NCBI GenBank assembly: GCA_051294375.1
Contig: CM119267.1
Span: 20,027,476-20,091,475 of the forward strand
Direction: 5' to 3'
Length of the DNA stretch: 64,000 bases
DNA from: Paraspadella gotoi
Taxonomy: Eukaryota; Animalia; Chaetognatha
The translations under genes were made by a program, and so were the position numbers. The notes under the pieces were generated by a model, which was given only the letters and a program-made list of their open reading frames with translations, was not told the origin of the DNA and searched no databases. Below, piece by piece: positions 24,171-37,799 of the stretch; the stretch's first letter is position 1, and each line of letters opens with the position of its first letter.

Positions 24171-27100
24171 GTAACCGCGTCATTGACCGGAAGCGTCATG
24201 GATGTTCGAAAGCTCCCAAAGCCAACAGTGAGATGCCCAATCCCAATGGGCATCACATCTTGCCTTCATCTCAAAATGTATTAACGTAGGCGAATCCTGC
24301 AAAGCTTTCAAATATGACTCTCTCACCGTCTAGTTTATTATCTATCAACTTATGTGTAATGTTTTTAAGGACTGTTTCAATTGTATAAAAAACCACTACC
24401 TTAAATATGTGTTAGAACCTATAAGATACGTATTATGCACGTACAAGCAACCAGCTTTGTTTTTATTCAATATGTTTCCCAATTTCGTTGGTCTGCATCT
24501 TCGATCACCAAAGGGTGTGACCCACTTACCCGTTGACTCGATGTACCGCACCATTTCTGCGCGAAGTTCATTTAAATAAAAAACACAGTTTTCATCTTTG
24601 CGGTCGTTCCTTATTTCATGTCCCTTTAGTATCAATCAAATTATTCAATTATTATTATTATACGGTTCATTCCCGTCGTCGTTATTCTTAGTTCACCGTT
24701 CATCGTAACTCAATCATTCATTCATCATCGTTGATCATTCGTTCATAGTTCATCGTAAATCAATCATTCATTCATCATCGTTGATCATTCGTTCATAGTT
24801 CATCGGCGGCAAAGATCGAAGATTTCGACGAAATTTAATTTCGATGACGAACGTTAGAAAAAATATCGACGATTAAGTCGGACGTGAACAACAACAACAA
24901 CAANNNNNNNNNNACTATGAGACTAAAAGAAAAAAGTCGAAAGAAAAAAGAAAGACGGTGATAACATAAGAAACTATGATGATGATAATCATAATGTCTC
25001 GCTGAAGCTGATATAGTTGACGATGAACCCGATGATGATGGGGATCTTGAGGACGAAAACGACGAAGATTGTGATAAAAAAAAAACTCACGAGGATGACA
25101 ACTACTGGTCGTGAACGGGGGATGTCAGAAACGATCCTTGCTTTTAATTTCATTTCGGTAATAATCGTTTTGTTTAAAAAAAAAACAAACAAAAACGGAT
25201 GCTATTCTTTTCTTAAAATCGTGCAATGAAATAATTTGCATCCTGATAGTTTAACGAATAGTTTATTTAAAACAATATGTAGGATTTCGAAAGCGTCGAT
25301 AAAAAGACAGCCAAGCGGGGAAACGGTTTCAAACATTTTATCGCTTCGAAGACGAAGGCGACCTACAAACGCTCGCCCATCGTTTTCCAAGTCGCGACAG
25401 ACGATGGCGGCAGATTCTAAACGGTCTGGACGTTCCAGACGACCGAGGTTAGAAGAGAGAAGAGGAGCGAAACAGAAGGCGGGCGAAATGAAATTGAGAC
25501 GGCTTTTATGAATATTTCGTCGCCTCGGAGTTTTAATTTTGGTTAGAATAAAAGAAGACAAAGTTCTTGAGAAAAAAAAGAGGTTTGTCGACGTGATTTT
25601 CTTGTTATTTTAAAACGCAGATCCAGACGAAGTTGGGAGGTTAAGGGAAAATCGCGGCCTTCGATTAATTATATCCGAAAAAAGTTGTGTGAATCTTTTT
25701 TTTTTTTGCAAAAAAAATTGCATTCTAGTTTTGTACTAAGGGTTTGTTATAAAGCTTAAAATATTTAATTCAACGAATTTTAGATTTATCTTAACAGAGA
25801 ATAAAAATTCATTATTATTTTTTTCTCCCAGACAAACAGAGACAGAGACAATCCGACGTCTACAGCTTAAAACCCTGAATTAGTACCGTCGCACTGTGGC
25901 ATCGAATTGCGCAAATTTTTTAAGCGCGAAACAGTTTAAGAATTTAATCCCTTTCTATTTAAAAGTAAATATATATTTATACAACAAATATCGTCGATAA
26001 AACTAGTAGTATTTTTATATTTGATTAAAAAAAAGTTACATAGTTTCTTCCATAATTAATGCCATTTGTTTTTCTATTTCACAACGTGAGGGGAACGCCG
26101 GGAGCGGACCTCGCGACACGGAAAAAAATACAGCTTAAAAATAAAAATAAAATAAAGCCATGCGAGGAGGGGCCCGACGCGGCCCGGCCTATCGCGGGAC
26201 GGATATTTGCTATAATCTCCCGGAATCTTTTAATTTTTGAGGTTAAATTCGAGACTATTTTTTTTTTCGTTGACGATCGTGAGGGAGATTTTTCGTGGAG
26301 AAAAATAAATTTATTTCGGTTTTCGGTGAGACGAAGAGTGACTCACGTGAATGTTACCGAGATAAACCGAACAAAGTGATCAATACAATATTATTAATAT
26401 TTTTGTGAGTATCGTTGATTACCTACCGGATTTGGAATTAGATTAGATCAGATCGAATGTGAATATAAGTGACAAGATGCTGACTGAGAAAACGGAGGCG
26501 AGGGTGAACATGTTCACTGAACATGTCAGCTGTAAAGAGGGTTGGGCGACAAAGAATTTGGGTTGGGAATCAGAATAACTTTGTGAACCATTGCGCGTTC
26601 GCCACAGAAATCAAACGTGTTAATCAACAGTGAGGGAAGAGAACGTATTAGTTAAGGCTGTACTTAGTTGCAGATTTTATTTACAAACAATTTACTGTCA
26701 GAAAGTTGAGACTGCTATGAGAAGAGCAATGAAAACGAATCATTATGAATCAATGCCTCCACAAAAAAGGAGAATAAAAAAAATTATCCAAAACAATAAA
26801 AACCATAAAAAAATATTATTGATACCGTAGGTACTTTTGAGGCAGGAGGCAGTATCCAAAAGTAGTTTAAACAAAATCAGAATTTTAGCGAGGGTTATTT
26901 TAAATTTTATGTTTTCTCTACAGCAATTAAACGAAGAGAAATAGCTAAAAATTAAAATCGATTTTTTTCCCGCGAAAATGTTGCCGCTTAGTTAATTTAC
27001 GAGTTTGCCGTTCGGGTTAAACTCTATGGTGCATCGGCGATTCTATGAAGCTTTCGCCGCATTTTCGAAGCGTTTTTTTTTTCTGACAGAAGCCAGGAAC

Positions 27101-27264
27101 GAAGCAAAAACAATCATTCTTTTGACTTTTTAAAAAAAATATATAAAAATTATACAACAATACGAGAAGAGAATTTTTTTTTCGATGGGAGAATCACTAG
27201 CAATCATCGTCAAGCAATTATGACACAAAAGAGAGAAAAAGGAAAGAAAGAAAGAGAGAGAGAG

Positions 27265-27343
<79 letters not shown>

Positions 27344-28665
27344 GAACCCCACTAAGACCCTCTTCATTTCGAGTACCTGACGATAGTTTCGGTCGAGCGA
27401 AGCGGGAAAATTCAAAATTAACAGAATCTACACTTTTTAACCTTAGACACTAATAAAAGGGAAAGTTAAAACGTAAAGTATCAATGTTTCCGAAATTCGC
27501 GGCGGACAAGAAAAAAAAGTGATCGAAAGAGATTTTTGTTTTAGTTAAAACCTTCCTTCGCGGTTTGATTAACTCAGCGATCTCCGTGAAATATGGGACG
27601 AATCTTGTCGAATTTATTTCTTTGGTTTTTTTTTTTTTTTCTTTTCTTTTTAACAAAAAAAAAAGAAAAGAAAAGAAAGAAAAGAAAAGAAAAAAAAAAG
27701 AAAAAAAAAAAACGAAAAAAAAAACAGAGCGAACAAAACGAAAGCATTCATAAACGACAACTCCTCGTTGGGAAAGGTGTTTATTATCAACGGGCGCTCC
27801 GCTCCCTTTGTTTGTTTCGGATGCTTCGCAATTAAATTGCACTGGCTTCTTCGTGAGAATTTTATAAGTTTAAAAGCGTTTTCATATGAAAAAAAAAATG
27901 CTAATAATTTCTTTCCCCATCTCCTAAAAAGGTGACAGGAGACCTGTTGTTTCTTCAACCATGAGAATCACAATTTTAATGCGAAGCCAAAATGCAATAA
28001 AAAATATTACGCATTTAATCGAATAATACTTTTTCACCGTAAATCGAAATTCTTGACGCGAAGCATCCATGCCGCGTTACTCGTTTAAGGCGTTTTTAAA
28101 TTCCGAATCTCGCCCCTTTCAGACAACATCCGGTACGCAGTAGTACGCATACAGCGTAGTACGCATACAGCGCATACGTAAATCTCTATTGGCGCTGGTG
28201 GATTGCTGAGCCAAAGTTTAACTTTTGTTTGCTATCAAGTTATTACTTCAATTCGAATCTGGACTCCGTGCTATTTTTGGAAGACGTTCTATCTATCGTA
28301 CTGGCCAATTTACTTTAAAAAAACGATTTACATATTACGGATATTTCTTCCCTCTCAGCGGGAAGGGACATAAAGAAAAAAAAAACCTTCGAAAACCTGT
28401 TTCGGAATCCCGAGCCCTCGCTATGCTGATTGAGAAAGAGAGGCATTTATTTTAACTTCAAGGCGACAGATTGTTAATCAAAGACAGTTTAAGGTTGATC
28501 AACTTTTATTACAAATGATTATTGTTATCATGAAAATGTAAGAGAACAAACATTTTTTTCGTGAGTGTGGCGGTTAAGAATGACAACTGGTTGCAAAATT
28601 AAAACATCACTGTCGTCGTTTCACATCTCTTTCGGTGAATCAATCTCTCTGTTCATTTGTTTTCT

Positions 28666-31340
28666 TCATTTCGGTTTCTCTAATTTAAGTTTCATCCGGG
28701 CGGAGGATTTGGTGTGATAAGCCTTCCGTATGAGGTTGACCGCCTGAAGATGAGTCGATGATTCCAGACTTTGTTCGTCGACCGATAAAATTCGCATTCC
28801 CACCTAGAATCAAGGAAATCGGGCAGATTTATAAAAAAACAACTACGACTACGACGATAACTACGACCGCAACCCAACACGACCTTCAGCTCCCGAATTC
28901 CCGACGCGGCGCCGTCGGCGTAAATTTGAGCCAATCGAACTTCCGGTTGAAGTTTGTTGTCTTTTCCCCCTGAGACGGAAATGCCCAAACGCGAATGACC
29001 CCTTTCTAGGAAAACTTCGACAGTGTCGTCGTCGTCGTCGTCGACGTCGCCCCGTCTCGTCGTTAGTCTCAACGTCGTCGGCACAGGCCGCGCCCCATCG
29101 TCGTAGCGTCGTCCTCCGTCGTCTTCTTTATCGTTGACGCAGTTGGCGGCCGTTTGCTCGTTTCCCTTTCGCCGTTCTCGTCGCCGCTTTCCCTGCTTGT
29201 CCGCCAGGCGGAGCAGGAGCGACTTTTTCGGCGCCATTTTCCCGGCGCCGGAAGCGGACGACGTCGAAGGCGGCGACGCCGACGGAATCGGGCGGCCGGA
29301 GTCGTTGCCACGCGACGGCGCCGGCGACGCCGTGATGTAGGCGCCGGATGTGACGCGGACGTTTTCGGCGCCGGAAGAAGAGGTAGAGGAGGAGGCGGAA
29401 GGAGGAAGAGGGGTGGGGGAAGGCGCCGGGGTTGGACGCCGATTGGGGGAAGGCGTTGGAGTGGATCGTCGATCAGGATGGGGTGAAGAGGTGGGTCGGC
29501 GATTGGGAGAAGCTGTCATGGGCTGCGGGGTGGTTTGGGAGGGGGCCGAGGGTCAGGTCGTCGGCGGGGAAGGGACGGGGATCGGCGGGGTTTGGGTGAC
29601 GCCGCTGGGGTGGATCGAGGATGTTGAGAATAATTCGGGGATGGCGTCGGGGACGGCGCCCGAGAGGAAGGGCGCGCCTCCGGCGACGCCACGTGAGACG
29701 GCGACGGCGATGAGGGAATTTGTGACACGGCGTCATTGTCTGTGAGGATTTTATCGCGATGCAAGTTCTGACGCAACATGAAAATATTTTTAATCATTTC
29801 AACAATTATTGAAGGAATATTATTTTGATAAATTCATGAAAGACTAAACAAATTACCAAGCTCGATTGGTCATTTTATGATTAATTCACTTGAAATGCTT
29901 TTTATCTCGTTTTGAACCATGCCCAAATCCGCTGAGGGCTTTGAAAAAAAATTATGTCGAATTTGTTTCTATCAGTTTACAGCAGTGTTGAGATTCTCAC
30001 AGGCGATTTTTAAAGATTTGTTTCTTTAAAGTGCGATAATGTTATCAACATTTATCTAAGACTGTTGAATACCTCAGATCAACGGGCGGTCGAGTCCTCT
30101 GCACGGGATGTAGTTCCAAGTCCCTCGTCGACGAACCCGTCCCAACTCTTTCGTCGGCGTCTTCCTCAAGCATCGCCTGCTTCGGCGTTGTGACTCCGTA
30201 ATCTACCTCGGCAGGAGGCGGCGTGGTCGGCGGTGGCGTCGTCGGCGGCGTCGGCGGAGGAGATAATTGCGGCGGCTCCGGCAGCGTCACTCCGTCAATG
30301 ACGCGGACGGATTCCGAAGACGACGCCGGTTGATCTGCGACGCCGTCGACTTCACGTTGAGGATTCGAGTTCATTTGCAAAAAGTCAGCCAGAGGATCTT
30401 GAAGTTCGAAGCTCTCTAATCGGGCGACGCCGTTGACGACAGGATCGGCGTCTCTCTTACTTCCTCCTCTTCCTCTTCCTCCTTTTCCTCTTCCTCTTCC
30501 GCTCCTAACTTCCCTCGCCGATCTCTTGATCTCCTTCTTCCTTTCCTCCAACCGCATCAGTTCCGCCAACCCGGCGTCTTCCACCGGAGGCGTCGACGAG
30601 CCGTTCTGAGTTGTCTCCGCGGATTTCGCCGGAGGCTCGAGTCTCTCTGATGCGTCGATGGCTTCGGAGGCTGAAGCTGCGGCGGCGGTGGTGGCGTCAG
30701 CGGGTCGTCCAACCGTTTGCAGGACGAACTTACCCTTGTTGTCGGCGACGGGATCCATGATGACTTTTCGCGGAGGTCGACTCAACAATCCTCCAACACC
30801 CATGGCTTTGACCAAGAAGTTTCGATTGGCTTGGAAGGGGAAGCAAGTTAATTTTCTAAGTTATAATTCTAATTAATTAACAAATAACTGACTTTTTTAT
30901 TCTCCCTTATCCCCCCAACTTTGGCCCTTACCCGATCCATTTTTGTTCGGGCTGCTTCTCGACCAGTTGGAATCCTGAATCCGTTCGTTGCTCTTTTGTT
31001 GTTTCTCGCTTCTCGCCGAAGAGTTTCGCGACGCGCCGCGCCGCCTTTCGTTTTCCGCTTTTTTATCGTTCTCGAACTCGGGCTGTTCTCTTGTTTTTTC
31101 CTAAAAAGTGGGAACGGTTATACTATAACCAATTAACTATAGCCTGTAACTTATAGGAAAATGATAGATAGATAGATTGACAGATAGATAGATATATAGA
31201 TAGATAGATTANNNNNNNNNNCTAAAAAGTGGGAACGATTATACTATAACCAATTAACCATAGCCTCAAACTTATAGGAAAATGATAGATAGATTGATAG
31301 ATAGATTGATAGATTGATAGATTGATAGATTGATAGATAT

Positions 31341-31398
<58 letters not shown>

Positions 31399-31414
31399 TA
31401 ACAGATAAAAAGAA

Positions 31415-31450
<36 letters not shown>

Positions 31451-32442
31451 AAAAAAACAAAAACAAAAAAACCCAACGAATTCAACCTTCTTTTTCCTCC
31501 TCGTCNNNNNNNNNNCCTTCTTTTTCCTCCTAGTCGTCCGCTTGATCGCGTTCTTCATCATCGCCAAATACTTCAAATCCGCCGTCGTCATGTCTTCGAC
31601 GCCGTGCTCCTCGTTTTCGGCGTCGCCGGCGCCGATGGTGTCGCCGCCTCTTGCCCGCCGATTTGGCGTCGCCACCGGCGTCACCTCAGGCGTCACACGA
31701 TCTTGGACGGCGTGCACGTCGACCGCCACCTTCGACTCGCCTCCAACGTCCGGCGTCGACGCCGCCCTCCGCATAGGTGTCGCTTCCGTCGATGACGCCG
31801 GCCGCCGGCGTAGTTTAGCGGCGGCGGCGGAGTCGGAGAGGAATTTGGACACGCCGGCGGTTTTGGACAAGACCTCCTTGAAGGCGGGATACTTTCCCAG
31901 GCGGCGGACGAGGATTTCGACTGAGACTTCATCGTCGGAGTTGACGGCATCCGCTCCTCCTCCACCGCTCCGCCGCAACGCCCCCTTAACGATCGCCACG
32001 GCCTCAGCGTGCGACGCCCACTCGCACCGGCGTTCGCCGACGCTAAGGATTTGGTCGCCGACGCGAAGGCCGTGTCGCTGGGCCAGGCCATTTGGGTCAA
32101 CCTATTGCGGAGAGAACAGATCACTAAAGAAGAAAAAAAACAAAAACCCGACCGACTGACCAAACGACAGACCGACCTGCGAGACGAAGACGCCGACGCC
32201 GTATTCGCTTCCCCCGCGGACGTTGAACCCCAAGCGGGTCGTCGAGGAAGGCTTGGGGATTCGGAGCAGCACCTCCTCTCGGTCGGGAAGAGGAGTCGTG
32301 GAAGAGGAGTCGAGAGAGCGATTTAAGAGTGGCGTGGAGGAGGAAGAGGCGAGAGCGCGGAGGAGCTACGAGGATGAAGGGCGGAAAGTGGGGATGAGAA
32401 ATAATCAAGAGAGATTAAATTTAAAGTTGTTTATTTGTTGTT

Positions 32443-32480
<38 letters not shown>

Positions 32481-34037
32481 GGGTGGTTTTGTCGTTGACG
32501 GTTTGATTGTTTCTTTTTGATGTTTTTTTCTTTTTGATGTTTTCATTTTTCTCGCGATCTTTCTATTCACCATTCTCTTTGGCATTCTCCGCTCTTATAG
32601 TGATTTTATCAGCTCATTGGCTTTTACATAATCCTTATTAATCCTAGTCTCGAAAAATCTTTGCCTCCTCCACCTCGAAGAAGTAATTTAGCCAATGACC
32701 AACATCGAATGACCAAATTCGAAATCGGAACCACCCCCTCCAACTCACCGCCCTCTTCGGTCCCGTCCTCAGAGTCTCCACTTCTCCCGCCTCCAAACTC
32801 TCCGTCGACGACAGAAACCAAGAGAGGCGTTCCTTGACCGGCGTTCCCTCTTCGCCGCGGCGTCGACGCCGCACAACGAGTTTGAGCGGCGCCGCCGGCG
32901 ATGACGACGCGGTTCTTTCGACGCCGTTTCCATCGGCGCCGCCTAGGAGTCGATGAGCGCGCGTGATGGAGACTCCGGCGAGGGATTCCTCGTTGGCCTC
33001 GAGTATCTCGTCGCCGCGTCGAAGGCCGTTGAGGTCGGCCAGGCTTCCTCTGTCAACGTCCTTTTTGGAAAGTGGGCGTAGAAAAAAAAAGGGGGGCGGG
33101 GGGGGGGTGGTGATTGTAACCAGGAAGGATCGAGGCATTAAATCGAAAGTCACTACCGGTTTCTGATTTGCAATGGTTTTAATGTATTATAAATAATAAT
33201 ATAATGTATAATATTTGAAAGATAACTATATATATAACTGTAAAAAAGCAAAAATATTACTAACTGTTGACAGTTACATGAAATGCCATGACTTTCTTAT
33301 TCTTAAATTTAACGTATTAAGCCTGAGATATCCAGGGCGCGGGGTATCTCAACAACTAGCGTAGGGGCTGCGGACCCTCAGTGACCTCCTCTTGTCACTG
33401 GCATGTTTAGACCGGCTCCGTCACATTTAAGCCAAATCCGGGATACCCACTATTACCCAGGGATTACCCAGGGATTGAACCCGGGACGCACGGTTGCAAC
33501 GAGATGACTTAGCCTTTGAGACGAGGCTGAGAACGGACAGCAGTGAGTCAGCTTTAAGTCTTCCTGCCACAGTATCTTAAATTGTTCCATGATTCTAGTC
33601 GCCAATTTCTCATTGTTTTCGATCCTCACCTTGACAAAGATCCCGATCCCGATCCCCATCTTCTAGTCGCCAATTTCTCATTGTTTTCGATCCTCACCTT
33701 GACAAAGATCCCGATCCCGATCCCGATCTTCTAGTCGCCAATTTCTCATTGTTTTTTTGATCCTCACCTTGACAAAGATCCCGATCCCGTGCTCCACGCC
33801 CCCGCGGACAGTAAACCCCATCTCTCCTTCCGCGTCCGGCGGCACGAACACCACCTTCAACTCGTCCGCCGACGCCGATGTCGCGGACGCACGAGAGCGG
33901 GGCGTCGTCGCCGCCGACGTAGACTTCCCAAGTCGCTCGTCGATGTCGTCGGCGTTTTCGGAATGAAATCCGTTTGAGATGGCGTTGGGATCGTCAAAGA
34001 GGCGTTCGACCTGGAGTTGATCGTTAACATCATTATC

Positions 34038-34094
<57 letters not shown>

Positions 34095-34276
34095 GACCTT
34101 CAAGGCGCCGTTGGACTGCATAGATTTTGGCAGCGGCATCCGTTTTTGGCGCCGTCCTTTGGTCCTCGGCGCCGCGCTGGGGACGTGCGAAGCCATGACG
34201 CGGAGCTGGTACCGCAGACGCTGGATCTCTTCCTGCTGCTGCTGATGGACCCAATAGGCGGGATTATTGGGGGCAA
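28666..34276 (-). CDS. Whirlin/PDZD7-family multi-PDZ scaffold protein (PDZ1-PDZ2-Pro-rich-PDZ3 exons)
   Basis: Exons 34276-33768, 33060-32749, 32365-32177, 32101-~31487, ~31100-30935, ~30832-30075, ~29739-28884 and 28803-28666. Motifs [56 protein letters not shown] and LGISVSGGKDNKLQPEVRL...THLQAVNLIRKAY. One apparent 1-nt deletion near 29520. The middle splice junctions are uncertain. Confidence 0.88.
33290..33570 (-). mobile_element. Intronic tRNA-derived SINE-like element
   Basis: A-box-like GTGGCAGGAAG start, B-box GGGTTCAATCCC, GC-rich hairpin body and ACGTTAAA plus A-rich tail, inside an AT-rich intron. Confidence 0.55.
33593..33788 (-). repeat. Three tandem copies of a 65-70 bp unit spanning an exon end and splice donor
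   Basis: GGGATCTTTGTCAAG/GTGAGGATC...GGCGACTAGAA occurs three times. Confidence 0.9.
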
Positions 34277-35109
34277 CTGTAGATGGAGAAAGTGAAGGGC
34301 AGGGCGAAGGTAAGTCTTTCTTTCCCCTCAACTTCACCGATTAGGCCTGACCTGGAATCATTTATCAACAACTGACCCATATTGAAAAGTAACATACGGG
34401 GTATTGGGGTAAAAAGTAAGACGTGTATTCACAAACAAACAGAAGCACAGAAGAGAGAAAGTGAAAGAGAGAGAGAGACGCTTTTGGGTTAATGCTCTCA
34501 GGGAAACGGATCATGGTGAAAAAAAAATTAGGTGCAATGGGTGGGTTAAAAAGAGAAGAAGTAAAGGAGAGAGAGAGNNNNNNNNNNNNNNNNNNNNNNN
34601 NNAAAGAAGAGAGAGAATCTCCTCCTCCTCCTTTTCTTTTTACTTCTTTTACTTTTCTCGGATTTTCCTTCGCGATCGCGGTGTCCTAACAAAAAAAAAA
34701 AGAATGATCCCGTTCCGTTAATAACCCTCCCTTTACCTTTTCTGCCTTTGGATCCAGTTTGGCGTCATGTGTCGTGGCTAGAGGTAACTTTGGCGTGTTG
34801 CACTCTTAGGTTCCGACGACACTGGTACGTCGCGGATCTCTGGTATATAGATGCCAAAAAAATTAATTTCCAAGATTAAATATAGTATGGATATTCTGCG
34901 GTACCTTTCCAGCGGCGCTCTTATTCGAGCAGACCGCGCCACCAAGGACGCGTCCAAGCAGTTCAAAGCTCCGTTTCTTCTTTTCGATAAGAAAAATCTG
35001 ATGTGTAAAATTATTTTCATTTAGTGCAATTACACGTTACTATCGGATCTCCCAATAAAGCTTTCAAAAACCCTACCGTTTTCCCTTACATTTCTCCCTT
35101 ACCTCAACC

Positions 35110-36420
35110 GTCCCCGAAGATCCACTCGCACCTTATCGCCCTATATATATACCGTTCAGGTGTGAGCACGATTTGAGACAGGGCGACAGAATTCACTGTG
35201 CTATGCAGGGTGACCGAGTAGATCAGGCGGCATAGACGGAGACTATTAGCACATAACAAACTTTATTCATCGTATACGTTATTGTATCACGTCTAAGAGC
35301 CGATCGTTGCCACGGCCCACTGAAATCAACATGATACCTAGACAAAATCTCACGTCCTTGAGACAGTGCGCTAATAGTCCACGCCGAGAAGGCACATGCA
35401 CTGGAGTACGCCGAATACCCACGGGTTCCGTTTACGCACAGCAAGGACTAGTAATAGATCAACTGTGAACTTAGCATAGGATCGTATGAACGTGCGGCTT
35501 GAATAATCTAACTAGCCGCAGAGTACGCAGGATACGAGAGACAGTTATCTGGTTGATTAATGGAGAGTGCTGATACTTCGTTGCAGACATTAGTAGGTAC
35601 TGATTCAGTACCATAGGTGCATGCTCTATTAAGATGAATCTATAAGAAGGTAACGAACAGCAGAGATCACTTGTTGTGGCAGAGATGGGAGTAATGATGG
35701 GTATTATCATATCCGATCTGTTATTATGTGTTCGCCTCGCAATGCAGCGGGATTACGACATAGGATGAATGAAGTTTATAGCCAGAAAGATTGGGGCTTA
35801 TATAAGTATCGTGCCGTAGTGTCCGTATGTGAATTCTCTGAGTAAGACATTATCGCAGTTCAATCAGGCGACGGATAATGCGCCGCGACTGAAGTCGTGT
35901 AGATCTATGCAGATTGATTAGAGTCCTTTATTAAGTAGATGCCTATCATTCTGAGTGGATAATAGGACAGTAGGCGTCTCGACTAGGGTCTCGGATAGAG
36001 TCTTCACGAGTGATAGGCTCATACGATATCATTCACTGATTACGGCGTATATCCGAGCTGATGTAACAGCTATAAATCTCTTATAAGGCATTAATTCTGA
36101 GAGCCACGCACCAACTCTAGCGCGCACACCAGTGATAAAATTGATGATGCATAGGCTTAAGGGTCTATCATTAAAGGAATTTGAATGGTAGTGATATTCT
36201 ATGAGAATGAGTCAACATTATGCAAATATACGTGATGAATGGACTATCGATGTCCACCGGCAATTGCAAGCGTATTAGACTATGAGAATCAGATGACAGA
36301 CAGGAGGTCAAGCGGAGTAGAGGTGGAAGTAACCTACGAACATTATATTAGGTAGATCACCGAACAAGAATCCTCGACGGCGAGGCAACATCAATTGACG
36401 AACTTGGATTGAAATTCCGA
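35110..36420. other. Probable low-quality long-read noise tract
   Basis: Balanced composition, almost no homopolymer runs and no credible ORF. It is preceded by a progressively insertion-riddled inverted copy of 56720-57190. Confidence 0.7.
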
Positions 36421-37799
36421 ACAAGGACAAGATATTTATTGGAAAATGTTTTACTTGATCTCCCCTAAATATCTGATCGACCCTTCATTCTCTTACTTTC
36501 CACTTCGGAATGATCATTTTTTTCCATGAGATGGTTTCGAATTTTATATTATTTTAATGCAAGAAAAGCTGAATTCTTGCGTCTGGTGCCTTTTTAATAA
36601 AGGATTTAATAGTGGTATTAATTTTTCAGATACGCACAGGATAAGTCAGAAAAAAAACCAAATCCCTCTTTAAAAATCAGAACAATGGAATGTTATTTCA
36701 TTTGGTAAAACATTTGTCATGACCCCTGAAATATCTTTCCGAGTTTCCTATTTGACTCTTGTTCACAACAGATTGAATTTTTAGGAAAAGATGAAAGAGG
36801 CGCTTCCCTTCTTCTTATACCTGTACTAATGTTGGAGGTTTATAATTTGATCTAATTAATGGATGTTGACTTTAAAAAGAAAACTTGAATTAAAATTGTC
36901 ATACCTTAAAATCTTTTTTATCTATTCCTGATTTTTTTTAAAAAATTTTTTGTTTTTTTGGAGGAAAAAAAAAATAGTCAGCTTACGAAGTGGCCCCAGA
37001 CGGAAAAGTGATGAAACTCAACATCGTACGGAAAAACAAACACTGGATCAAATTTTCAATCTATAAATATCGCCAGTTTTTGAACACTGGAAATGCTATT
37101 GTAAAGTTAGTAAAACAGTGAATGAATAACATTTAATTTTTAATCAAGGTTTTTCAAACAGAAAAACCACTTAAACAGTAACCTATGGCACATAAGAAGG
37201 GTACAGAGTACAAAGAGTTGGCGTGCGTCGTCTTACGTCTTTGTTGGAATGCCATTTGAGTTCCTAAAAGTCTGACCAGCAAAATACGTCTGCAGGGCTG
37301 AATTCGAAATTGAATTGATAATAAAATTGAAATGGCATGTTGATTTCTTAATTATAAATTTTTATGTGGGTTTTCTTTCCTCTCTTATCTCTATCTCAGC
37401 TCGTTATACAGGCAAATAGAAAATTATAGGCATTTGGTTTCCAGTTTAGGTGCAAGTACAAATTATGTAGAGAGAAAAGGGGGCGGGAAACAGGTAAGAA
37501 GAGAGAGAAAGAGAGAGAGTGCGCAAATGAAGTCGTACGGTCATATATATCATGTCCGGGTCAACTGGTCATACGAAACTCGGTCTCTCGTCCTTCGTCG
37601 TTCACATCATTTGGTCGGACTGTCGGAGGCCTTTCTCTACAGAGAAAGAGAGAGTGAATAGGGCAAAAGTTTCCTACACAGAGGTTAAGAAAGAATAGTG
37701 GTCAAAGTGGTGAGGAAACCAAATTGCCCTCTAATACACATAACAACTGAAAGAAAGTTTAGTTACGAACTGATGTCAAAAAAAATTTATAATAAAAAA

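Noticed and set aside
24800-25115. Plus-strand acidic terminal exon (…DDEPDDDGDLEDENDEDC…)
   Set aside because: It needs several frameshifts and I could not link upstream exons. Left uncalled.
31100-31535. Short tandem duplications either side of N gaps
   Set aside because: These are overlapping contig ends around 10-N gaps, a scaffolding artefact.
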